Assembly (NCBI GenBank): GCA_964542965.1 | Contig: CAZIVH010000002.1 | Coordinates: 487 to 64,486, forward strand | Length of the DNA stretch: 64,000 nt | Reading direction: 5' to 3' | DNA from: an uncultured Candidatus Peribacteria bacterium | GTDB lineage: Bacteria > Patescibacteriota > Gracilibacteria > Absconditabacterales > Absconditicoccaceae | Shown here: in pieces, positions 1 through 11,359 of the stretch | How the letters are laid out: the number at the start of each line of letters is the position of its first letter | Position numbering within the stretch: the stretch's first letter is position 1 | The notes under the pieces: model-generated | What the model was told of the DNA's origin: nothing | What the model saw: the letters and a program-made list of their open reading frames with translations, nothing else | Databases searched by the model: none | Position numbers and translations under genes: made by a program

Positions 1-236
1 ATACGGTTCTTTCATTGCTCGACGGAGAAAAGATAGACTTCATCGAAGACACCGAAGATCCAATACAGCTTATCAAGAACTGTTTGAAGCCAGCGCAAAT
101 CAACAGTGTAGACCTCGAAGATAACAAAGCTATCGTCATGATGGACGAAAGCCAGAAAGCATTGGCTATCGGTAAGGGAGCTTCCAATGTAAAATTAGCG
201 ACACAATTGACGTGATATCAGATAGAGATCAGATAA
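1..236 (+). CDS. nusA: Transcription factor NusA, C-terminal fragment (5' end outside window)
   Basis: Track ORF 15-215 ends ...ALAIGKGASNVKLATQLT at TGA 213-215. Reading TGA as Gly gives LTGYQIEIR then TAA 234-236, matching the conserved NusA KH-domain tail LTGW..I. Confidence 0.8.
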
Positions 237-253
237 TCATAAATAGTTTCTCA

Positions 254-279
254 AAAAGCCTGTTTCGACGGGCTTTTTC
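254..279 (+). terminator. Rho-independent terminator after nusA
   Basis: aaaaagcc-tgtttcgac-gggcttttt: short GC stem flanked by an A-run and a T-run, 18 nt after the nusA stop. Confidence 0.45.
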
Positions 280-340
280 CTATATAAAAAAAATGGATAA
301 TAGCAATACCTATTATCCATCATTTATCGTGACCGAAAAC

Positions 341-835
341 TTATACAATGACTTCTTGCTTCGATTCCAGGTTTAATACCCTTGCACGTCCCTTGGAAAT
401 TTCCCTTGAAGGGAAACCAAACGAACATGGAGAACTTTGGACAATCTCAAGATGACTTACCACCACAACCACTTCCTTTTCGCAAGATTGAATGAATTCA
501 TCAAGCCAACGCTGATTGTATACAGAAACCTCTTTCTGTTCCTGCTCTTTCAATCGTCTTGCTTCCTTGTTAGCATCACTTCCCGACCAAAGCTCATAGT
601 GTTTCCTGAAATATACATCAATATCATTTTTGAACCAAACATCTTCCATCTCTTTTGCTGTCTGAATTGCACGGTTCGCCATAGAGGTAAGAAATACTAC
701 GTCCTTATCCCTGATCTCAGGTATCAACTTTACAGCTAATCGACGGACTGAAGTTTTACCTTCATCAGAAAGATTGAAGGGTTCAGTCATGATGTACTCA
801 CCATGACGAATAAAAATCACTCTTTTTGTTTTCAT
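341..835 (-). CDS. Histidine phosphatase (phosphoglycerate-mutase-like) family protein
   Basis: 164-aa ORF starting MKTKRVIFIRHGEY (RHG catalytic motif) with a later VVVVSHLE His motif. TAA stop, no internal TGA. Confidence 0.6.
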   Translation of the reverse strand: MKTKRVIFIRHGEYIMTEPFNLSDEGKTSVRRLAVKLIPEIRDKDVVFLTSMANRAIQTAKEMEDVWFKNDIDVYFRKHYELWSGSDANKEARRLKEQEQKEVSVYNQRWLDEFIQSCEKEVVVVVSHLEIVQSSPCSFGFPSREISKGRARVLNLESKQEVIV

Positions 836-926
836 ATGTTTGATGTTTTTTACGATACTATGATAATTACAAGAAAAGTCAATTGTATTTATTAAGGCAT
901 CATATCACCTATAGATATTCTTGCAT

Positions 927-954
927 TTGCAAATTTTCCACTCTCGAGTATACT
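927..954 (+). promoter_or_regulatory. Putative sigma70-type promoter of the 962-1726 gene
   Basis: TTGCAA (927-932), 16-nt spacer, TATACT (949-954), 7 nt before the first ATG. Confidence 0.3.
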
Positions 955-961
955 TAGGTAT

Positions 962-1726
962 ATGTATTTTACCCTACTCTATATATTCATGGGAAAAACC
1001 AATGAACACACATACAATAGAATTTTGCATCCTGATCTCTCCATAAAAGAAGATCTCGATAAATTTTGCAATGACATGAAGGATCATATAGAGGCTACCT
1101 TATCATGGCAATGGAAAGAAAAAGCATGGAAGGAAGACGAAAGAAACACTTTTTTGGATTCTCTACCGGATACGCTCAAAGCCATAGAAGATCTCAAAGA
1201 AAAAAAACTCTCTCCTCTTGATATGAAATTTCTTAGGCTGATCGAAAGATATTATTTTGTAATATCCAACAAACCGAACTTGAAAACCAAAAACCATCCT
1301 GAGCATTATGCATCATACTTATCTATAGTAAGGGACGATATAGCAAAATTTTATCTTGAATGCGCGATACAAAACATTTACGATATAGCGCATAATCCTA
1401 TTGAAAAAATAGAATGATTGCCTGAGATAATCTCTATATGCAATTTTTTTGAGCAAAAATACAAAAATAAACAGTGAGATATCAACTGGAAAGCATACCA
1501 TGATGAGTATTTCAAAAACGAATGAATAAAGCTTTCACGTATGATTGATGATATCCTCAATAAATATCCTACCCAACAAAAGTTTTCCCCCAATATACCG
1601 CTTTTGTTCAAAATTTTTGACTTTCACAACAGATATAGTCTTGAGGTACTCTTTAGCATACTCACCTATCAGCTACACTATTCAAAAGATCAAGCTACCA
1701 AGCTTATAGAAAACCATATAGAATAA
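962..1726 (+). CDS. Hypothetical protein (254 aa after reading 3 TGA as Gly)
   Basis: Track ORFs 962-1417 and 1541-1726 share a frame. The gap contains only TGA (1415, 1475, 1523) and no TAA/TAG. The start could instead be ATG 989. Confidence 0.5.
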
Positions 1727-1734
1727 TCGATATG

Positions 1735-3468
1735 CTATCTATCGAAGAACTTATCGATATCGCTTTTTGGTGTCTTGATAAAGAACGGCCTACCATGCTG
1801 ACAAACAAAAAGTCCTTGAATTGCCTGCAGTCCTTCTCTCACAAGATTCGCCATCTCCGGCAATGAGAGTCTATCTCCCGCTTTGATAGAAACTTTGCAA
1901 GCATGCGTCGCGAAAATCTTATCTAAGATATGGTCGAATGTTATTGTCTCCAGATACAGGATATGATTAAATATTTTTTCCATATCGATCTTGTAGATAG
2001 AAAATACCTGAGGGACGGAATAGATAGCAACTTTATTTTCCCCTATCCTAGAGGCATCAAAGCCCAAAGTATTTATCTGATCCAATTTTTCGTCAATATT
2101 CGGGATGTTCGCAATCTCGATAATGATGGGTTGGAGAAGAATCTCTGAAGATGGTGATTCAGAAGTATTGATTCATTTCTTTATCTTTTCGAAGAGGATC
2201 CTTTCCGCCAATGCGTGCTGATCGATATAGAACAACGAATCATTTGATTCTACAAGGATATACGAATTCCACAATTGCCCTATCACTTTATAATCGCCAA
2301 TTTCCTTATCCCACAATTGTTCTTGCTGCTCCACGGTCGTGAATGCTGCCGTTTGCGTGACTACAGGCTGTGATACGGTTGCAAAGTCGTTTACTCCAAA
2401 CATACTATTCTGCTCTACTACCGGCGTAGGCGATGAAGAAACTTCAAGCCTGGAGAACTGTTGACTGATGGTCGATACTCTCTGTTCTCCGAGCGCTTTC
2501 TGGACATTGGAATAAATCACATCATAGACCTTTCTGGAATCCGCGAATTTCACTTCAAGCTTTCTTGGATGAACGTTGACGTCCACGAAACTCGGTTTTG
2601 CATCGATCATCAAGATCGCTAACGGATATTCATTGGGCGCTATCTGCCTATAATAGGCGTCCATCAACGCTTTCTTGATTACCTTGTCCTGGACCGGCCT
2701 TTTGTTGACGTAAATCTTGATATTCTCTGCAGATCAGAAAAGCAGCTGCGCATTTCATACAACGCCATACAGCGACAATTCCTCTATCGTATGCTGCAAT
2801 TCTTTGACGTGTTGAGATCGATCTTTTTTGTAGATATCCTGCAATCTCTCCATCAGAGAATCTCTCGGCTGTAGATCAAACACTATTTTGTCATTTTTTT
2901 TGAATATAAACGTCTTATCAGGATGCATCAATGCGATATCTACGATATAGTTGTAACAATAGAAAAATTCCGTCTGCGAGGATTTGAGGAATTTGAGTCT
3001 TGCAGGCACATTATAGAACAAATCTTGGATCGTGACGATAGTGCCATGAGCAAACCCTACCGGCTGATGCTTGATGATAGGATCCATTCACAGTTTCGTT
3101 ATTTTCGTCCCTATTTCGCTGTATGCTGTCTTGGAAATCACTGTCGTCTTGCTGACCTCAGCAATACTCGCCAACGCCTCTCCACGGAACCCATAGCTAC
3201 TCAGATTGAAAAGATCTTGTTCGCCATAAATCTTGGAAGTAGCATATCTCTCGAATAATAATTCCATATCTGACAACTCTATCCCGGACCCGTTGTCCTC
3301 GACGCTGATAAGCGATTTCCCGCCATCATGAATATCTATAGTGATCTGTGTAGCTCACGCATCCAAACTATTTTCCACCAATTCTTTGAGTATCGAAGCC
3401 GGTCTTTCTACAATCTCCCCTGCCTTGAGCCTATTGATGAGATATTCCGGTAATCTACGGATAGCCAT
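1735..3468 (-). CDS. mutL: DNA mismatch repair protein MutL
   Basis: Track ORFs 1735-2085, 2173-2667, 2755-3087 and 3088-3276 plus an N-terminal piece are in one frame. N-terminus is [37 protein letters not shown]-[TGA 3355-3357]-ATQI, so TGA lies on the Gly of the GHKL motif LDAGA. All gaps checked: only TGA. TAG stop at 1735. Confidence 0.9.
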
Positions 3469-3472
3469 ACCA

Positions 3473-3655
3473 AATATAATTTTAAATTTTAAATTCTAAA
3501 TTTTTAAACCATTTTTATTAGAATTGTATACTAGTTTTTAGTATTTTGGCTTGAATTTTCAACCACATTACTCATAAATCACGATAATCTACGATAGTTC
3601 ATGAGAAGATAATTCCAGCACTATTCACCATTACCTATTCACTTTTCACTGAAAT
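3473..3655 (-). repeat. Intergenic core + heptad-arm element, copy 1 (core 3571-3621, reverse orientation)
   Basis: rc core is GTGCTGGAATTATCTTCTCATGAACTATCGTAGATTATCGTGATTTATGAG. Flanks are TATTCAC/CATTACC/TATTCAC/TTTTCAC heptads (3622-3649) and TTTAAAT/TTTAAAT/TCTAAAT (3481-3501). It fills the divergent mutL / 3656 spacer. Confidence 0.6.
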
Positions 3656-4069
3656 ATGGAATATATACAGGCTATACTCAGAAAATATCCCAATCGCATC
3701 AAATACGGACTCTTAATCCTAGATGTTTTTGCAATGGTTTTGGCGATCAAAACCTATGTGAATTACGTCTCCATCGAGACTGCTATCGAAAACGCAAGCC
3801 TACAACAACAGATCAAAAGCGATGAGCTGGCATTCACTCAAAATTTCCTCATACCGTATGAAAAATCAGAATATGCCAGTTATTTCCTTCAGCACGAAAA
3901 CAATATGCTGCTCCGCGATGAATATATCGTCAAATTCGAAGAGATGTACCAGAAGCAAGAAGTGAATACCTGAACGACTGTCGACCCTTATATGCAAGAT
4001 AATATCAATGAGGCAAATAGCCCTCAAGAATCTTGGAGGAAATTCATCCTCGAAAAGTTCAATGGATAG
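3656..4069 (+). CDS. Hypothetical membrane-anchored protein (137 aa)
   Basis: Track ORF 3656-3973 has a hydrophobic segment (LLILDVFAMVLAI). It continues through TGA 3971-3973 to TAG 4067-4069 in the same frame. Confidence 0.45.
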
Positions 4070-4152
4070 ATAATTGGAGTTGCATTACTGGTTAGGATGC
4101 GTAAACTATAGTCATTAGGAATACTTTCCTTTTACTCTATAAAAACATAATC

Positions 4153-4671
4153 ATGAAAAAAATCATTACATTTCTCGCTATCACATGACTTTCCTTGTTT
4201 ATCATCGCATGATGTTCCAGTAAAAATAGGATACAAGCTGGAGATCTTGTTTCCATAACCTATACTGCCACGTTCTCAGATTGAGAAATCTTTGATCAAA
4301 ATACCGAGAAAGCGCCCCTTATGTTCATGGTCGGCTCCCATCAAGTCATTCAATGACTGGATGATGCTGTCTTAGGCATGAAAGTGGGAAAGAGAAAAAC
4401 TGTAACGATATCTCCTGAAAACTGATATGGTCCTCTATATAACACTACTCTTGTACAAAAAGTGGGTAAGCTTATCTTTGATAAGCTAGGGATCACGCCA
4501 AAAGTAGGAAGTACGCAAAAATTGGATCAGCTTGAGGGAGTCATCAAAGGCGTAGAAACAGATGGAAGCGGCAATGAATATGTCCTCTTCGATATCAATC
4601 CTAGACAGACATGGGACACATTAACCTACAAAATCACTGTTCTCGCAAAAGAACAACCGATCGAAAAATAG
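4153..4671 (+). CDS. FKBP-type peptidyl-prolyl cis-trans isomerase, predicted lipoprotein
   Basis: ATG 4153 is in frame with track ORF 4462-4671 through five TGA. The product is MKKIITFLAIT-G-LSLFIIA-G-CSSKN... (lipobox IAGC with UGA-encoded Gly), then ...ITYTATFSDGEIFDQN...PLMFMVGSHQVIQGLDDAVLGMKVGKRKTVTISPENGYG, a typical FKBP core. Confidence 0.75.
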
Positions 4672-4692
4672 TTTTACCTGATTATCAGGGAT

Positions 4693-6894
4693 ATGCAATT
4701 ATTCAAGAGAGTCTTATTATCACTTTTTCCTGACGAAATAGTTGCACAGACAATCAACCCTGCAAGCATGTTTATTTCGTTCATCTCGACGAAAGAATTT
4801 TTTTCCGTAATCAATAGAAAAATCGTGGAAAACTATAAACTCAACCTCTTTGATGTAACACTCGACCCTTTCGAATTCAAGATCTGATTCGGAAACAAGC
4901 AAGATATCAAGCCAAAAGATATAGATACGTATTATAGCTATTGCGCGACTGCAAACCTTAATGGATATAGATTCTTTTCGCCGGCGAATATAGGCAACAA
5001 TCTTGCGTTGGTCGTAGGATTATATGTAAAGGATATCTTCAGATCCTATCCGCCAGAATATTATCTCAATTTTTTGTATACCATATTCTTGCTAAATTTT
5101 GTATTCCTCGCGAGGATAAAGGTATTTCCCTACAAAGATAGGGAGAAAAATTACAATCGGTTCGTAGAGATCATGTTCTCTTTCTATGAATTTGTCTTCC
5201 AACAGACCGGGAAAAAGATAGATCCCGCCATCATCAAATCCCTCAAAAAGGAATTGCTCAATCAGATAGAATTGTTTTTCTTATTGTTTGCTGTCTACAA
5301 AAATTTCAACACTATATTTACGAATCCTCATATCAGCGACAAAGACATCTATTCATGGCTTTTCTATGATGAACTCAAATGAGATACCAAAAGCGTCTAT
5401 GCAGAATTCATCGCCAATCACAAAGAGTACACGAGCAAGGCCACCTTCTCTGCCGTAGAGACCAAGATTATGCAATCGGTATTGCCTGCAGACATCTTAC
5501 TCAGATACCTTTTTCTGGATTCTGATATGTTCCTGATCACCAATACCGTGATTGCAAAAGTCTTTGACAAAAAGGTTCTCGATACCTTTATCACGAGTTT
5601 CCGTACCGACGAAAGCCAACTCGAGAACTTCTTGCTCTACATCACGGACTACAGGAATTTCAAAAGGAACTTCTTCTGAGGAGTGCAAAAATACATTGTC
5701 ACCACCTTTAGGGATCATGACAAAAAATCCCCGATCAAGGAAGATCTAGATGATCTCATGTCATCTATCGGCGAAGATGTAGAGAACATCGAAAGCTTCA
5801 AAATCCCAGAAAGAATCAAGAAAGAATCCAAAATGATGGAAAAAATACTGAATTTCTACATCACCTTGATAGGAGGCTCTCGGGTTTCTAGGTGAGATAG
5901 CTTTTTTTTGAGATTATTCAGGAAACCGCTGATCAATGATATCCACACCATCTATGATCAATTGGAAGAAAAAAATTATTCTCTCCTCTACTATGGCTCT
6001 CTCCTCTACCAATACGGGAAAAACGTATTTTTCTATAAGCATACTGCAGAGAATGTCAGAGCTGGGAAACAAAAATTCATTCTTCCTCAGACCACCAACA
6101 TCAAAAACATCTATTCCAATATTTCGCTCCTCAAGTCTTTCGATGATAGCGCATTGGCTACCATTCTCCAAGATATCAATCCAAAAGACGTCAGGTTGTA
6201 TATCAAGAACAAAAAACTCATAGAACTTTTCAAATGACTCATAGGAAATGAGATATCAACTATGGTGAAAAATTCAGACCTTCAATTCATAGCTTCCGCA
6301 TATCAGGAAATGTCCAAACTTTTCTCCCATAAGCATTTTCTCAAGACAATACAACAATCACTGACTGAACAAGACGTCTATCACCTCAAAGAAAATATAT
6401 ATAATCTGGATTTTCGGGTACATAAATTATTTTTAAGATCGATATCCGATCAAAAAATAACGATGAAAAACGACTATTCCGATCTCTCGCTTATGGGCAT
6501 TTTCTCTTCAGCCAGAGAAACAATTTTCTGACTCTTGATCTATCTTACCTTCATCAGAGATCTCTCACAGAACAAGAAAAACGATATCCATAGCGATCTT
6601 CTCATCAAGATCTATGTCCAGGATATCTTGCATATCGATGAATACTATCATCAGAAGCTCATTACCATCATCAATACCCTTCAAGCTGACTTCAATGAAA
6701 TCATCAAACACCGGATTGAAATAGATGACAATAAAGAGTATCTCAAGATAGGATATGACAATCGATCGGCATTCGTAATCAACAAAAGCCTTGAAGATAT
6801 CAAGAAAAATATTATCAGTGAAGACATCCTTCGATTCAAAGGATTCCTCAAGAATATAAGTTATTACAACAAGAGGTTTTTGATGCCACAATAA
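4693..6894 (+). CDS. Large hypothetical protein (733 aa)
   Basis: Seven track ORFs (4693-4887 ... 6535-6894) are all in frame 1. Every junction read by hand contains only TGA. No motif recognised. Confidence 0.6.
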
Positions 6895-6903
6895 ATGCTT
6901 CGC

Positions 6904-7030
6904 AAATTAATAATTGATAATTAATAATGAATAATGTTGGTATTGCTGAAATGGACTATTGTATCTAGCAATAGTAAATAACAAGACAAAACGGAAATCA
7001 TTCATTGTTAATCATTCATCATTCATTTAT
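6904..7030 (+). repeat. Intergenic core + heptad-arm element, copy 2 (core 6936-6985)
   Basis: Left arm AATTAAT/AATTGAT/AATTAAT/AATGAAT. Core GTTGGTATTGCTGAAATGGACTATTGTATCTAGCAATAGTAAATAAC with hairpin ACTATTG (6955-6961) / CAATAGT (6969-6975). Right arm AATCATT/CATTGTT/AATCATT/CATCATT. Confidence 0.65.
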
Positions 7031-7047
7031 ATTTTAGTAATAAAGTA

Positions 7048-7482
7048 ATGAAGTGCCCAAAGTGCCAAAGTATGGAGACCAAAGTCATCGATTCAAGAGT
7101 CATCGAAGACGGTCAAAGTATCAGAAGGAGAAGAGAATGTGAATACTGCCAACATAGATTCACTACATTCGAAAGAAAGTGATTCACCGAATTGGTCGTT
7201 GTCAAAAAAGACGGCAGCAAAGAGATGTACGATAGACAGAAGCTCAAAAAAGCTTTGCTTTTGGCTTTTGCAAAAAGAGAGATAGATAAAGAGCAGATAG
7301 AGAATCTCATCAACAATCTTGAAGCAGAACGGTCTACCGACAAGAATGAGATCACATCAAAAGAGATCGGAGATGATGTCCTCAGAGCATTGAAGAAAAT
7401 AGATCCAGTAGTGTATGTCAGATTCGCTTCTGTATACAAAAAATTTGACAGTCTCAAGGATTTCAAGAAGTTCATCGACTAA
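7048..7482 (+). CDS. nrdR: Transcriptional repressor NrdR
   Basis: [44 protein letters not shown]-[TGA][21 protein letters not shown]...: zinc ribbon plus ATP-cone, in frame with track ORF 7192-7482. Confidence 0.85.
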
Positions 7483-7501
7483 GATAATTTACGAACAAAA
7501 G

Positions 7502-7531
7502 AAAAAAATCAGGTTCACACCTGATTTTTTT
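7502..7531. terminator. Bidirectional terminator between nrdR and the convergent hydrolase gene
   Basis: aaaaaaATCAGGTtcacACCTGATttttttt: perfect 7-bp stem with an A-run and a T-run. Confidence 0.6.
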
Positions 7532-7542
7532 GTATATCGAAT

Positions 7543-8049
7543 TTATTCTACGAATTCTTTGAAATTAGTGAAGTCTATCTCTTCTCTTGTCTGAGCTAGA
7601 TCAAAAAACGTAAATTCCTGGATTTCTGGAGTGTGCGCTGCACAACAATCCTTGATGACGGTGATAGCTAATTCTCTATCGTATGCATCCTGGATAAAAC
7701 TCCTCACGCAAAGGTTAGTCAATATTCCACAGACAATGACGTGTTTTATTCACTGCAACTCCTGATCCAACGAAGTATTGTAGAATGGGCTTATTTTGTT
7801 CTTGATCATGATCGTATCCGTATCCTGTATACCGAGTTCAGGGATAATCTGAGTCTCTGGACCGAAATATTCAAGGGCATCAGGCTCCCTATGTTTTGTT
7901 CGAATGATTTTGTATCCTCTTGCCCTGCAATGATCTGCCAGATATTTTACCTTGGCTAGCATTTCTTGGATATCTCCTACATAATATTCACTCTGAGGAT
8001 CGATCCGTTCTCTCTGAAAATCTATCAACACCAAGGCTGTTTCTGTCAT
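7543..8049 (-). CDS. Isochorismatase/cysteine-hydrolase family protein (nicotinamidase-like)
   Basis: MTETALVLIDFQ... continues through TGA 7750-7752 to ...HVIVCGILTNLCVRSFIQDAY... (catalytic Cys motif). TAA stop at 7543. Confidence 0.65.
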
Positions 8050-8116
8050 CTATTGCATAACAAAATAAAGAGGTAATGGAGAGCATAGTGATTTATTTCT
8101 CATTTTCAAATAAAAG

Positions 8117-8147
8117 CAAAAAAGAGCTCGGAAATTCCGTGGCTCTT
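8117..8147 (-). terminator. Putative terminator of the 8169-8609 gene
   Basis: On the minus strand AAGAGCcacggaatttccgAGCTCTT is followed by TTTTTG. Confidence 0.4.
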
Positions 8148-8168
8148 TCATAGCTTTACTAGCTCGTG

Positions 8169-8609
8169 TTACATAGGTTGCGTTTCGTCTACTTTATCTC
8201 TCAGGAATATATTTTTCATCCCTTTGATTTGGAATTCTCCGTACTCCATGTTGAGATAATTAATGAAGTTAAGAATTTCTTCATTGTCTTCAAAAAGTTT
8301 CTTAAAGTCCTTGTAAGGGAACATTCGTTGATCCACATGTGTGCTAGATCTATGGAACGTATCCTTGAAATTGGACATACCATTACCGTTGATGGTTATG
8401 GCAATACCTGCATACTTCACACATCCTTTTTCTTCCATTCGTTGCACGATGGGATGCTCTTTTATGAACGCACACTCCTTATTGAAGATAAGGATAAAAA
8501 ACTTTTTTGATGAGACAACCTGGAGGATTCTCTCTCTTACTTCTGCATGTTGCAGATTACAGACGTCAAACACGCCTATGTTTACATTCTCTTGTTTTAC
8601 TTCTACCAT
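8169..8609 (-). CDS. Hypothetical protein (146 aa)
   Basis: Intact track ORF with a TAA stop. No motif recognised. Confidence 0.5.
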   Translation of the reverse strand: MVEVKQENVNIGVFDVCNLQHAEVRERILQVVSSKKFFILIFNKECAFIKEHPIVQRMEEKGCVKYAGIAITINGNGMSNFKDTFHRSSTHVDQRMFPYKDFKKLFEDNEEILNFINYLNMEYGEFQIKGMKNIFLRDKVDETQPM

Positions 8610-8693
8610 AAATGCTTATTATTTTTTGATTTTGTTTTATGCCAAAAAATGGCCTGTTATTATTAATTATTTGGCTTCTAAATTCAAGTCTTT

Positions 8694-9341
8694 CTATTTA
8701 CGCTTGATATATTTCACAAGTTTTATGCTTCATCGAATCACTATAGCCATCATAGCTCCTGTCACTAGTATCATCAATCACACATAGTTCCAAAATATAG
8801 TATATCGTGGCTTTTCAAAAAAAATCGTTTTGAGTGTCGGCATTACTTTATAGGTATTGACCATCTCTTTGAACGGGAAATATTCTTTTTTCCCTATAGC
8901 TAACGCATATTTTCCCTGGTTGTCTGGGTTAGATACCCTGATGGTATAAATACCTGGAGCGACTTGTTTTTCTCGGTTCGGTCACTTAAGATAGTCATCT
9001 CCAGCAAAAGGCTCAAAAAATCATGATCGATGATGGTTGCTTCCATCAAGCCTTGTATAGACTATATCATTATTTCCTTCTATGATATCAACAGCAAAAT
9101 CTGTCCTACTTGCGGGAAGATCAGGAACAAGAATATTTATATACAATGAAAATCCCGTATCTGCAATAATCGTATAGAGATCTTCTTGTCACGAAAGATT
9201 CCCATAAAATGCCTGAGATATTTCAGGATTCTGTACATTTATTCACTGCCCTACCGGTTGCTTGAAAACTAGCCTTGGCTGATGTGCAAACGTTCGTCAA
9301 AAGAACAGTACCGCTAGTATTGGCAATAGGATTTTTTTCAT
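8694..9341 (-). CDS. Hypothetical secreted/membrane protein (215 aa)
   Basis: ATG at 9341 gives MKKILLPILAVLFF-G-RTFAHQ (signal-like) and a C-terminal hydrophobic LMILVTGAMMAIVI. All 11 sequence lines checked in frame: 7 TGA, no TAA/TAG until TAG 8694. Invisible in the standard-code track. Confidence 0.55.
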
Positions 9342-9363
9342 AGAAAAAGATGAATAAATAAAA

Positions 9364-10761
9364 TTATGCTAATTCTTTGATATATTGCTGGAATAGATAA
9401 CCTTTCTCTTCGAAATTTTTCCATAGCGTATAACTTGGCGAAGCGGTAGAAAGTAGACAGATCTTCCCGTTTTTGGTATATTTGTAAGCGAATTTCACTG
9501 CTTCTTTCATATCATTAGTCTGGAACATCTTTATCCGCACGATATCTTTCCCGGCTGGCGTCTCTTCATCTTTTATCGCCTGAGCAATCCTCTTCCCTGA
9601 ATCAGGGAATAAGACTACATTTCTAATTCCATATTTACGGATACATGCGATAAGATCTTCAAAAACATATCCTCTATCCGTTCATCATAGGAATATCGTA
9701 TCTATCTTTTCGCCGAATGTCTGTATCGCTTGGATAGTGCTTTCAGGAGTCGTCGAAATTGCATCGTCTACCCACACAATGCCACCATATGTTCAGACAT
9801 TCTCCATCCTATGGGGTAATCATTTGAACGATGCCAATGTCTCCTGGAGAACTACTGGATCGATATTCATGATATCGCAAATACCCAAGACCGCAGAGAT
9901 GTTCATCATATTATGTTCTCACTGGAGTATGATGGTAGTATTCTGGAATGTCTGATTATTCATGATATAAAAAGCACCATCATGATAACTATATTCACCC
10001 GTATGGCCAAATGTATGGATGTGAAGTTCTTTTAGCTCTTGAGTTGTAAAATCATGTTTATCAAGGATTTCGTCCCTCAAAAGATTATACTGACTACCAT
10101 TGAGCAGATTGAGTTTTGCGTTTTTGTAATTTTCAAATCCATCATGTCGATCAATATGATCCGAATAGATATTTAGCAAGACACTGATGTAATTTTTCTT
10201 TGTCAATCCTTCCAGCATATAGCTTGATACCTCAAAAACAACATAGGTATCCTTTTGCGATTCAAGATTTTTGAGATCAAGATAATCAAGCACAGGATTG
10301 CCGATATTTCCAATCAATTGCACCTCTTTTTTTGCATGTTTCAAGGTTTCGTAGATAAGCGTGGATGTTGTCGATTTTCCTTTGGTACCGGATACCGCAA
10401 TAATCTTTCCCTGATAATAGTCAAAGAAAATCTGTGCCTGAGAAGTTATTTTTTCCCTGTACGGATAGATCTTGCTATGATAGAGCGATATCCCTGGAGT
10501 CTTGATGATGATATCATATTTTTTGAGATTATCGAGATAATTATCTCAAAACACCATATCGAACGTGGGATCTATAGCAAATGTTGTACTGATATGTTCG
10601 AGGTTCTGCGCCAATCATTCGATCTTCTTCGCTCCATCAAGGATGGTGATGTGTGTAGGAGGAATGCCGATCTTCAGGAGAAATTGCAGTGAAGATTTTC
10701 CCTCCCTCCCATATCAGAGAATAGCTATTTTCTTATTTTGGAATTTTTCAAAACTTATCAT
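9364..10761 (-). CDS. murD: UDP-N-acetylmuramoylalanine--glutamate ligase (MurD-type Mur ligase)
   Basis: MISFEKFQNKKIAIL-[TGA]-YGREGKS... (Rossmann GxGxxG with UGA Gly), ...GKIIAVSGTKGKSTTSTLIYETL (Mur ligase P-loop), in frame with track ORF 9919-10344 and a C-terminal domain ...LPHRMENV... Confidence 0.8.
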
Positions 10762-10828
10762 ATACCGCGATAATGATATAAGACTTTTATCGCCTTGAAC
10801 ATACTCTTTTTGCTTTTGAATGCAATTT

Positions 10829-10859
10829 AAAAAAAAACAGTGACGAAAACGCCACCTGT
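10829..10859 (-). terminator. Putative terminator downstream of the small ORF at 10867-11007
   Basis: rc ACAGGTGGCGttttCGTCACTGT followed by T9. Confidence 0.4.
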
Positions 10860-10866
10860 TTAGTTT

Positions 10867-11007
10867 TTATCGACTTCTTTGGTAATCTTTTGACATCCTC
10901 CGATGGGAGAGTAATGTAGCCTTGCTCATTAGCCAGCTAAATACTAGATACATAAGAGATAAGGACAATAATACCATCATTCCGTAGAACACATACACAT
11001 TTGCCAT
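10867..11007 (-). CDS. Small hydrophobic protein (46 aa), speculative
   Basis: MANVYVFYGMMVLLSLSLMYLVFSWLMSKATLLSHRRMSKDYQRSR; ATG to TAA with a terminator just downstream. Confidence 0.3.
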   Translation of the reverse strand: MANVYVFYGMMVLLSLSLMYLVFSWLMSKATLLSHRRMSKDYQRSR

Positions 11008-11084
11008 AATTACATTAATTAATGAATATTTACTCTTTACGCCATTACGTAGATTGCATATTTCTGATGCAACTCATTATAGAT

Positions 11085-11225
11085 CTATTGAATCTCCGGA
11101 TTATTTTTCTCCATCTGTTTCAAGGCTTTGTTCATTGCCCAAGATTCGATAAGACCATTTGCTACATAGAGAAGCATTCCTCCTCCTGTTACAGCAATAA
11201 TTCCGATAAAAAACAATGTTTCCAT
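11085..11225 (-). CDS. Small hydrophobic protein (46 aa), speculative
   Basis: METLFFIGIIAVTGGGMLLYVANGLIESWAMNKALKQMEKNNPEIQ; preceded by a TTGACA-type promoter. Confidence 0.3.
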   Translation of the reverse strand: METLFFIGIIAVTGGGMLLYVANGLIESWAMNKALKQMEKNNPEIQ

Positions 11226-11245
11226 TTTTTCTTTATTTCTTTTTT

Positions 11246-11275
11246 ATCTTATATATATTTTATATAAAATGTCAA
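11246..11275 (-). promoter_or_regulatory. Putative promoter (minus strand)
   Basis: rc TTGACA (11270-11275), about 18 nt, then TAAGAT. Same TTGACAtttwata...atatat architecture as the promoters at 56592 and 57555. Confidence 0.35.
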
Positions 11276-11359
11276 TACAATTTAAGCGTAAAGCATTATC
11301 CTTGATTTTCCTCCTCCGATGGCTATGGTGAAGATGACTTTATTTTTCCATTTTATGGA

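Noticed and set aside
6936-6985. The conserved core as a sigma70 promoter (-10 TGTAAT) or as an NrdR box upstream of nrdR.
   Set aside because: The spacing to any -35-like hexamer varies by 2-3 nt between copies, and 5 of 8 copies point antisense into the 3' ends of genes. The motif is not the NrdR palindrome, and the other copies are not near nrd genes. It is kept only as an unexplained element.
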